From assembly GCF_051278035.1 (NCBI RefSeq), contig NZ_JBNMNU010000014.1:1-24000 (forward strand): 24,000 bases of DNA, written 5' to 3'. How positions within the stretch are numbered: the first letter of the stretch is position 1; each line of letters begins with the position of its first letter. The notes beneath the pieces are model-generated. The model was not told the origin of the DNA. It saw nothing but the letters and a program-made list of their open reading frames with translations, and searched no databases. Source of the DNA: Clostridium sp. GTDB lineage: Bacteria > Bacillota > Clostridia > Clostridiales > Clostridiaceae. The translations under genes and the position numbers were made by a program. Positions 16,869 through 24,000 of the stretch are shown one piece after another.

Positions 16869-16883
16869 TGATAATCATTATCA
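16869..16883. promoter_or_regulatory. Perfect Fur-type 7-1-7 box
   Basis: TGATAATcATTATCA is an exact match to the B. subtilis Fur 7-1-7 consensus TGATAATnATTATCA and a perfect palindrome. It starts 6 nt downstream of the -10 hexamer. Confidence 0.65.
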
Positions 16884-16914
16884 ATTTTAATAATGAAAGA
16901 GAAGGTGAAGTAAT

Positions 16915-18411
16915 TTGATACTAACTAGCAAAAGTATAAAATCATATAATAATGAAGCTGAAACAAAAATCATTACAATTTTCGAGGATTCAAAGTTAGA
17001 CAAAACCGATTTGGGTTTGGACAATGAAACTCTACTTAAAGTCAAATTCATAATAGAAGATAAAGACTTTAACGGCAAACACGGAGAGTTTAGAACCATC
17101 AATTTATTTAGAGATAAGTGCCCTAAAAATATAATTTTAATTGGTCTTGGAAACAAAGAGGACTTCACTTTAGCAAAGCTTCGAAAAAATATAGCTAAAT
17201 CAGTAAAAGAATCATCAAAGATTAAATCTAAATCTATTGATTTAAACGTTGATAATTTACTGAGCCTAATGAAACTCAGCGAAACTATTAGAACTATTTC
17301 TGAAGCTACCGTTATGTCTAGTTATACATTTGATAAGTATAAAGTGGATAAAAAAGCGAAAGTCTTAGAAGAGTTCAATATAATATATTCCAAGAAAGAA
17401 GTATTAGAAGAAATTAATATAGGTATTAATGAAGGCTTGATTCTTGGTCAGGCTAACATATTAGCTAGAACGTTAGTAAATGAACCTTCTAATCTATTAG
17501 GACCCTTAGAACTAGCATATGAAGCGAAAAAATCCGGCGATGAAAGTGGCTTTGAAGTGGAGATATTTGATGAATTATCCATAAAGAACTTAAATATGAG
17601 TGCATTTCTAGAGGTAGCTAGGGCTTCTACTAATCGACCAACATTAATTGTTATGAGATATAATGGTAACCCTGAAAATAGCAAAGAGATTATAGGTTTA
17701 GTTGGTAAAGGCCTTACTTATGACTCTGGCGGATTATCTATAAAAACTACACCTGGAATGGTCACAATGAAATCTGACATGGGTGGAGCTGCTGCGGTAA
17801 TTGGTGCAATGACTGCTATAACAAAACTAAAAGCAAAGGCAAATGTAGTTGCAGTAGTTGCTGCATGTGAAAACATGATTAGTGGCAATAGTTACAGACC
17901 AGGAGATATAATAAACTCCATGGGTGGCAAAACTATAGAAGTACTTAACACTGATGCCGAGGGACGATTAACTCTTATAGATGCAGTAAATTATATAATC
18001 GAAAAAGAACATGCTACAAAAGTAGTGGATATAGCCACCTTAACTGGTTCAGTTTTACACGCTCTAGGTCATACAGCTACAGGCGTAGTAACAAACAATG
18101 ATTACTTTTTTAATAGATTAGATGTGGCTTCAAAAACATGTGATGAGAAGGTCTGGAAATTACCAGCTTTTGATGAATATAAAGAGTTAATAAAATCTGA
18201 CGTAGCAGACCTTAAAAATGTAGGAGGTCCAACCGCCGGTAGTATAACTGCTGGATTATTTATAGGTGAATTTGTAGGAGCAACCCCTTGGCTACACCTT
18301 GATATAGCGGGTACTGCTTGGACTAATAAAGACAGTGATTATGGTTCAAAAGGCGGAACTGGTGAAGGCGCTAGATTATTGTATCACTTAATTAAACAAC
18401 TAGAAAACTAA
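16915..18411 (+). CDS. pepA: Leucyl aminopeptidase (M17 family)
   Basis: VGKGLTYDSGGLSIK, MKSDMGGAA and NTDAEGRL (the M17 signature). TTG start after GAAGGTGA. Confidence 0.9.
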   Translation: MILTSKSIKSYNNEAETKIITIFEDSKLDKTDLGLDNETLLKVKFIIEDKDFNGKHGEFRTINLFRDKCPKNIILIGLGNKEDFTLAKLRKNIAKSVKESSKIKSKSIDLNVDNLLSLMKLSETIRTISEATVMSSYTFDKYKVDKKAKVLEEFNIIYSKKEVLEEINIGINEGLILGQANILARTLVNEPSNLLGPLELAYEAKKSGDESGFEVEIFDELSIKNLNMSAFLEVARASTNRPTLIVMRYNGNPENSKEIIGLVGKGLTYDSGGLSIKTTPGMVTMKSDMGGAAAVIGAMTAITKLKAKANVVAVVAACENMISGNSYRPGDIINSMGGKTIEVLNTDAEGRLTLIDAVNYIIEKEHATKVVDIATLTGSVLHALGHTATGVVTNNDYFFNRLDVASKTCDEKVWKLPAFDEYKELIKSDVADLKNVGGPTAGSITAGLFIGEFVGATPWLHLDIAGTAWTNKDSDYGSKGGTGEGARLLYHLIKQLEN

Positions 18412-18453
18412 AAAAAACATCAAAATACTAATTAGTATTTTGATGTTTTTTTT
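18411..18453. terminator. Bidirectional terminator
   Basis: A7-catcaaaatactaa/ttagtattttgatg-T8: perfect palindrome between convergent genes. Confidence 0.85.
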
Positions 18454-18461
18454 AGTTTCAA

Positions 18462-19382
18462 TTACATTCCAAAAGTCTGTCTTAATACTCCGATACTACC
18501 TGGGTCTACATTTAAAACTACTGCATCCTTTACTCTCTCCTTGCTTTCAAAATCCAAACTTTCATAATCAGCCTTAACAGACGCTGTATCGGCAGTTGAG
18601 TCATAAGAAGGATCTTCGTTCATCATATTTATAGTTGATATCATTTTTGATATTACCTGCACCTCTTTGGACGTCTCAAGCTGAGATTTTGCAGTCATTA
18701 AACCCTCTTCAGCTTCTTTTAACATAGTTTTCGTACTCTTAATTTGAGGATTCTCTTTTATAATCAAATTAATAATATCTTTGTCTTTTTTTCCCGCTGC
18801 TTTATCTATCTTCTCCGCTGTGCCTAATATTTTATTATCTATAATTTTAAATTCCTCTATCTTAAATGGAACTACACTTGTATCAACTATTATAGAATTA
18901 CCATGCGCAGAAATATTATTATTATCAAGCTTTGAAATTTGTGAAACCACTAATTTTTTAGGAATTTTAATCTTTCCAATTTTAAAATTTTCAGCATCAA
19001 ATACAATATCTCCATTTAAAAGGTTTAATTATCCTTTTGAAGAGATTAAAAAATCAAGGTTTTTGTAACTAATAGGAGCCACCATTAAAAGCTTATCATC
19101 TGCCATTTCTATGTTGATTCCCTTTAGAGTCATGTCACCTTTAGTTTTAGGTTTAACAAAATATAAACTACTTATGTCATTTAAATCATTTTGAGTTAGT
19201 TCAAATTCCCCACCCTTTTCCTGTATACCTTTAAGTTTATCTAATACCTGTATGGAATCTGCCTTTTTAACGGCTACGTCTCCATTATATAAAGCTCCAC
19301 CTATTAAAGCTGCTAATGCCCCTATTATAATGATTAGTATATATATTAATTTATTTTTCTTTCGCTTATTATTTCTAGACAT
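18462..19382 (-). pseudogene. DUF2140/YpmS-like membrane-anchored protein split by one in-frame TAA at 19029..19031
   Basis: ORFs 19029..19382 and 18462..18950 share a frame. The 26 codons between them are open and read *LNLLNGDIVFDAENFKIGKIKIPKKLVVSQI. This parallels B. subtilis YpmS '...ENGDLILKVTKFSLGSLSIPISFVL' (from memory). Confidence 0.7.
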
Positions 19383-19578
19383 ATTTTTTCCTCCTTATTC
19401 CTCACATTCTTTATATTTTAGCACAATAAAAGTGCTTTTCTGATTCAAATAAAAGAGTTCATAAAGATTTAACGGTTATTTTACGTTAACTTGGGCATAT
19501 TATCCTAATATTGAAAATTGCGGAGAAGCACTTTGGTATGATATTATATATTTAATTAAACGAACCTAGGAGGATATT

Positions 19579-21402
19579 ATGGAAACTAAAAAACCACTTT
19601 ATGCTAATGAAAAAAGGCATTATACTTATCTATTAAAAAAACAAAATGAAGCCATAAGTTTTATAAGCTTATTAAGGTTTTTGATCTTTGCAAGTGGACT
19701 TGGCTTTACAATCTTCTTTTACGTAAGGTCCACTTATTACATGTGTATTTCTGTAATAAGTGCCACCGCTATTATATTTGTATTTTTGGCAATCAAACAT
19801 AATAAGCTGAAATATAATAAAATTCGTTGTTCTATTCTATGCGACATTAATGAAAACTCAACAAAACGTGTTAATAATAATTGGAAGGATTTCTCCGATA
19901 GTGGTGAGGACTTCTCTGACGAGGAACATAATTACACAAAGGACCTAGATATATTTGGTAATAACTCCATATTCCAGTGGATTAACACCTGCATAACTTA
20001 TCTTGGAAGAAAAAATTTAAAGGATTCACTATCGAAACCTCAATATAGCGTTGAAGAAATATATAAAAGACAAAAAGCTATAAAAGAGTTAGCTAGTATT
20101 GTAGGCTGGAGGCAGAGATTCCAAGCGGAAGCCATCCTTAGCGAACATAAAAATCATAACCCAGAGAAATTATATGGATGGGTAAAGGATAAAAACGAGT
20201 TTTTCCTAAAATCCTGGGTAAGAATTATAGTAAGGATAATACCAGTAATAACTCTATCCCTCCTTGCGGCCTCTTTTATATTTAAAGCTGTATCCTATAA
20301 AATATTTCTTGCAGCTCTTGTTGTGCATATAATACTGCTTGTAATTGGATATAAAGAAATAAGCCTTAGCCTGGATACTGTACACCAATATAAAGATACC
20401 CTCCTTATATATAATAAACTGCTTATGCATATAGAAAAAAAGACCTTCCACTCTGAGTATTTAATAAAATTAAGAGCTAAACTTATAAATACGGAAGGAA
20501 TAACAGCCTCTTCTCAGATAAAAAAATTAGCAAACCTAGTAAACTTAATATCTGATAGAGCAAATATGTATTATTTACCTATAAATATCCTCCTCCTTTG
20601 GGATTACCAATGTTTAATAAATCTACAGCGCTTCAAAAATGAAAGTGGTCCATTTTTAAAAACTTGGCTGGAGGTTATAGGTGAAATTGAAGCCTTAAAT
20701 AGTTTATCAATTATATCCTATGAGAACAATGATTGGGCAACTCCAAAATTCCAGTCAGGTTCCCCTATTTTCAAAGCAGGAAATCTAGGCCATCCACTAC
20801 TTGGAAGCAGTCGCGTATATAATGACATTAATATAGCAAAATCACAAAACGTTCTTCTAATAACAGGTTCTAATATGTCTGGAAAAAGTACACTGCTTAG
20901 AACTACAGGAATTAACTTAGTTTTAGCCTATGCTGGCGCTCCAGTATGCGGAAATACTTTTACTTGCTCTATTATGGATATATATACCTGCATGAGAACA
21001 AGCGATAACTTAGAAAAAAATATTTCTTCCTTCTATGCAGAGCTATTAAGAATAAAAACCCTCGTTAGTGCTACAGAAAATAATGCGCCGATTTTCTTCT
21101 TATTAGATGAAATTTTTAAAGGAACTAACTCTATAGATCGACATACTGGTGCAACTGTTTTGGTAACGAAATTAAGCAATGAGAATGCACTAGGTTTTGT
21201 ATCTACACATGATCTGGAACTCGGTGACATAGAGAATACTAACGATAAAGTAAAAAATTTCCACCTTAGAGAATACTATAAAGATGATAAATTATTCTTT
21301 GATTATAAGCTGAGAAGTGGAGTATCTACCACAAGAAACGCACTATACTTAATGAAAATGGCAGGTCTTGAAATCCCAAGCAATATGGAACTGCCAAAAT
21401 AA
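19579..21402 (+). CDS. MutS-family ATPase (domain V only) with N-terminal and central transmembrane helices
   Basis: GSNMSGKSTLLR (Walker A), FLLDEIFKGTN (Walker B) and STHD. There is no mismatch-binding domain. Hydrophobic helices lie near aa 30-75 and 215-260. SD AGGAGG. Confidence 0.85.
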   Translation: METKKPLYANEKRHYTYLLKKQNEAISFISLLRFLIFASGLGFTIFFYVRSTYYMCISVISATAIIFVFLAIKHNKLKYNKIRCSILCDINENSTKRVNNNWKDFSDSGEDFSDEEHNYTKDLDIFGNNSIFQWINTCITYLGRKNLKDSLSKPQYSVEEIYKRQKAIKELASIVGWRQRFQAEAILSEHKNHNPEKLYGWVKDKNEFFLKSWVRIIVRIIPVITLSLLAASFIFKAVSYKIFLAALVVHIILLVIGYKEISLSLDTVHQYKDTLLIYNKLLMHIEKKTFHSEYLIKLRAKLINTEGITASSQIKKLANLVNLISDRANMYYLPINILLLWDYQCLINLQRFKNESGPFLKTWLEVIGEIEALNSLSIISYENNDWATPKFQSGSPIFKAGNLGHPLLGSSRVYNDINIAKSQNVLLITGSNMSGKSTLLRTTGINLVLAYAGAPVCGNTFTCSIMDIYTCMRTSDNLEKNISSFYAELLRIKTLVSATENNAPIFFLLDEIFKGTNSIDRHTGATVLVTKLSNENALGFVSTHDLELGDIENTNDKVKNFHLREYYKDDKLFFDYKLRSGVSTTRNALYLMKMAGLEIPSNMELPK

Positions 21403-21531
21403 TTTTATATTTTTTTCTTTTTACATTTTACCCATGTATAAATTTTAGCAAATTTCCTATGATTCAATAGTCTTTTAATAGTATTTTCGGGCAAAATACT
21501 ATTACAATACTACGTCGAAAGGAGAAATGTT

Positions 21532-21696
21532 ATGAAATTTAATTTGATGTTTAAAAATTTGATTATATTAATTTCTATAACAACTCTTTTAAATGGTACT
21601 TGTTCAGTTAATTATTCAAGAAAAAACAAAGATTTCAAAAACAAGTATGGTGTTCAGCTAGTATTAGCTCAATCTCCAATGTTTATAACAACTTAA
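21532..21696 (+). CDS. 54-aa small exported peptide (not in the ORF track)
   Basis: AAAGGAGA lies 6 nt upstream of the ATG. MKFNLMFKNLIILISITTLLNGTC looks like a signal sequence. A terminator follows immediately downstream. Confidence 0.35.
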   Translation: MKFNLMFKNLIILISITTLLNGTCSVNYSRKNKDFKNKYGVQLVLAQSPMFITT

Positions 21697-21697
21697 C

Positions 21698-21743
21698 AAA
21701 AAATTGTACTTGCAACCCAAAATGGGGCAAGTACAATTTTTTT
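21698..21743. terminator. Bidirectional terminator
   Basis: aaaaaattgtacttg...caagtacaatttttt arms with an inner ccc-aaaat-ggg; serves convergent genes. Confidence 0.8.
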
Positions 21744-21753
21744 AATTCATGCT

Positions 21754-22323
21754 TTATCTACTTAATAAAACCTTGAACGTTTCATCCGTAATATCAATAT
21801 CATTCTTATCATAAAAATTTATGTTTTTTGCCTTAGGATATATACTTTGTGTTTCGCTTGGAACTGTGCAATAGGCTATAAAATATTCTTGCTGTGGGAT
21901 ACTAATTTTATATTCCTTGTTTTCCAATGTTACTTTTGTATATGCACTTTTCGTATTAGGATTTTTACCTTTCAAAATAAGATATTTGCCCTTATTTGTT
22001 TTATATATTTGATCTCTAAAATAACCACCGCCACCTCTTATAGCTTCAATTTTATATTTACTATTAAGGCCTTTGGTTAATTCTGCATCACCCAAAGTGT
22101 TATTAGTCATAAATAGAATATATTTTTTATTATCAAGATTTAATTCCTGTTTAATATCAATATTATTTGAAATTGCTGTAGGTCTTTTACTAAATTGCGT
22201 TATATTATCCTCTAATTGTCTTTTATTATCTGTAATTGTATATATTCTTGAATATGAAATAAATACTATACAAACGATTATTATTATTATTATACCTAGT
22301 GAAGCAAAAATACTTTTTTTCAT
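21754..22323 (-). CDS. Membrane-anchored hypothetical protein
   Basis: 189 aa with an N-terminal TM (IIIIIIVCIVFI) and a Lys/Asn-rich extracytoplasmic domain. No family recognised. Confidence 0.7.
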   Translation of the reverse strand: MKKSIFASLGIIIIIIVCIVFISYSRIYTITDNKRQLEDNITQFSKRPTAISNNIDIKQELNLDNKKYILFMTNNTLGDAELTKGLNSKYKIEAIRGGGGYFRDQIYKTNKGKYLILKGKNPNTKSAYTKVTLENKEYKISIPQQEYFIAYCTVPSETQSIYPKAKNINFYDKNDIDITDETFKVLLSR

Positions 22324-22404
22324 GTTTTCCCCCTGCTATTTGCGGATTTTATGTGTTTTCTTGTATGGAATGAGCTATGATAAATCCTTAAAAAATTAAC
22401 GATT

Positions 22405-22440
22405 GTGAAAAAGCGCAAGTCAATAAACTTGCGCTTTTAC
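22405..22440 (-). terminator. Rho-independent terminator of the galE transcription unit
   Basis: aaaagcgcaagt-caataa-acttgcgctttt, followed on the minus strand by tttttcac. It lies downstream of galE and of hairpin-element copy 2. Confidence 0.8.
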
Positions 22441-22500
22441 TAATCCTTTTCTAATATCTTTTCGTTACTATGCACACCACTCATAAAGTTCACATAATAC

Positions 22501-22725
22501 TTTCTCCGCAACGCCTTGCGAAAAGAATCGAGAAACTATTAAATTTGATTTTAGAAATTCTTCTTTTGCGAATGCAAAATTCTCGTAAGTCTGCCAGGAC
22601 GGCAGACTAGCGAACCTGAGCCAGGAAGGCGAATGTGAGCGCTAGAGAATATTGCATGAGCAAAATATTAGAATTACTAGCTTTAATTTCTCGTTTTGAG
22701 TTTCTTATTGCAATAACGCAGGAGA
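22501..22725 (+). repeat. Long-hairpin structured element, copy 2; strand tentative
   Basis: Same architecture as 9249..9474. The first 10 nt (tttctccgca) and last 10 nt (acgcaggaga) are identical in both copies. Core 22582..22647 is 62/66 identical to 9331..9396. The right end is 5 nt from the galE stop codon. Confidence 0.75.
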
Positions 22726-22730
22726 TTCGC

Positions 22731-23717
22731 TTATTTTACGTACCCTTTCGGATGTCCCTTGTGCCACTCCCATGCTGTTGCTATGATGGTTTCTAGTGAA
22801 TCACATTTAGGCTCCCATCCTAATATTTCCTTAGCCTTTTCACTCGAAGCGATAAGCACTGCTGGATCTCCAGCACGTCTTGGTGCCATTTCTGCTTTTA
22901 TTTCTTTTCCCGTAACTTTTCTAGTTACATCTATTACCTCTTTAACAGAAAAACCCTTACCGTTTCCAAGATTGCATATTACGCTATCTTCGCCTCGTCT
23001 AAGCCTTTTTACTGCAAGCAGATGAGCACTGGCAAGATCAGATACATGTACATAATCTCTAACACAAGTACCATCAGCTGTATCATAATCCTCTCCAAAC
23101 ACCATTATTTTTTCTCTTTGTAAAAGAGCTACCTGAAGTATAATAGGAATTAAATGAGATTCTGGTCTATGATCTTCTCCTATTTTACCGCTTACATGTG
23201 CCCCTGCTGCATTGAAATATCTTAGAGCCGTATATTTTATACCATAAGCTTTATCACACCATTTTAAGATCTTCTCAACCGCAAGTTTTGATTCTCCATA
23301 AGGATTAGTTGGAAAAGTCATATCCTCTTCAAGAATAGGAATATTCTCTGGCTCTCCATAAGTAGCTGCAGTAGATGAAAAAACTATGTACTTAACTTTA
23401 TGCTCCCTCATAGCCTTAAGTAAATTTATAGTAGATCCAATGTTATTTTCAAAATACTTTAAGGGCTCCGTAACGCTTTCCCCCACAAGTGAATCTGCCG
23501 CGAAATCTATAACTGCATCTATATTATTCTCCGTAAAAACCTTATTAAGTATTTCGTCGTCTCTTAAATCTCCAGAATAAATCTTTCCACCAAGTAATGA
23601 ATCATGATGGCCCTTTTGAAAATTATCTAAAACAACTACCTCTTCACCTTTTTCTAAAAGCTCAGCTACCATATGACTTCCAATGTAACCTGCTCCTCCA
23701 CATACTAAAATAGCCAT
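22731..23717 (-). CDS. galE: UDP-glucose 4-epimerase
   Basis: [15 protein letters not shown] (NAD Rossmann), SSTAATYG and YGESK (the SDR catalytic Y..K); 328 aa. Confidence 0.95.
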   Translation of the reverse strand: MAILVCGGAGYIGSHMVAELLEKGEEVVVLDNFQKGHHDSLLGGKIYSGDLRDDEILNKVFTENNIDAVIDFAADSLVGESVTEPLKYFENNIGSTINLLKAMREHKVKYIVFSSTAATYGEPENIPILEEDMTFPTNPYGESKLAVEKILKWCDKAYGIKYTALRYFNAAGAHVSGKIGEDHRPESHLIPIILQVALLQREKIMVFGEDYDTADGTCVRDYVHVSDLASAHLLAVKRLRRGEDSVICNLGNGKGFSVKEVIDVTRKVTGKEIKAEMAPRRAGDPAVLIASSEKAKEILGWEPKCDSLETIIATAWEWHKGHPKGYVK

Positions 23718-23791
23718 TAATTAAATTCCTCCTTAAACCTTATTTAATTTTCTCTAATCATTTTAACACATCCATTTGCTTTAGATGAAGA

Positions 23792-23998
23792 TTACGTGTT
23801 AACATTTTTCTTACAATAAATAAATTGAATAAGTGAAATAAAAGTTGCAGAAAAACCTATAATACTAACTATCGTATCAAATTTGTCATAATGATATATT
23901 GCAGAATAACCTAAAAGACTAACTACCGTACCATATATATAGTAATGAATTGCATTCATCATATTCATAAACCATAGCATTGCTGGGATTGACAACAA
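23792..23998 (-). CDS. Small membrane protein. The frame is still open at the window end, so the N-terminus may lie outside.
   Basis: Hydrophobic 68-aa ORF directly upstream of galE on the same strand. No family recognised. Confidence 0.45.
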   Translation of the reverse strand: MLSIPAMLWFMNMMNAIHYYIYGTVVSLLGYSAIYHYDKFDTIVSIIGFSATFISLIQFIYCKKNVNT

Positions 23999-24000
23999 AT

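Noticed and set aside
136-19031. Reassignment of TAA to a sense codon as the explanation for the three in-frame TAAs.
   Set aside because: Most intact genes in the window (FDP, DGC, pepA, MutS-like, galE, moxR itself) terminate at TAA at the expected family length. TAA-T is also the most efficient bacterial stop context. Global recoding is therefore not tenable, and the cases are kept as pseudogenes with an open question about the shared context.
19511-19542. A promoter for the MutS-family gene (TTGAAA ... TGgTATGAT).
   Set aside because: The -35/-10 spacing is 20 nt. Only the extended -10 is convincing, which is too weak to list as a feature.

Overview
This is an AT-rich (roughly 28-30% GC by eye), Clostridium-like chromosomal segment. 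I saw no rRNA, tRNA or CRISPR array. Most of it is ordinary, tightly packed housekeeping or sporulation DNA: DegV, a four-module flavodiiron protein, a deoxynucleoside kinase, a Cof-type HAD phosphatase, a 7TMR-DISM/GAF/GGDEF cyclase, SpoIIP, an EamA transporter fused to a small kinase, PepA, a membrane MutS-family ATPase and GalE. Long, near-perfect bidirectional terminators sit between convergent genes.

Four things are not explained by ordinary annotation:
1. Two copies, 13.25 kb apart and in the same orientation, of a ~225-nt long imperfect hairpin. Its 66-nt apical core is 59% GC and 62/66 identical between copies, and all four differences fall on predicted base pairs. Each copy lies within about 12 nt of the stop codon of a minus-strand gene (the dNK gene and galE). 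I could not match it to any RNA family or IS I know, so it is my best candidate for something undescribed (structured ncRNA or ERIC/MITE-like element).
2. Three otherwise intact genes (tnpB, moxR, a DUF2140/YpmS-like gene) are each split by one in-frame TAA, and each TAA is followed by TT.
3. A tnpB-only IS200/IS605 element has truncated the DUF58 partner of the MoxR gene.
4. There is an orphan nuclease-like gene next to a GC-rich structured intergenic island. There are also sharp operator-like sites: a perfect Fur 7-1-7 box on the pepA promoter and tandem AATAATTATT palindromes ahead of the flavodiiron gene.
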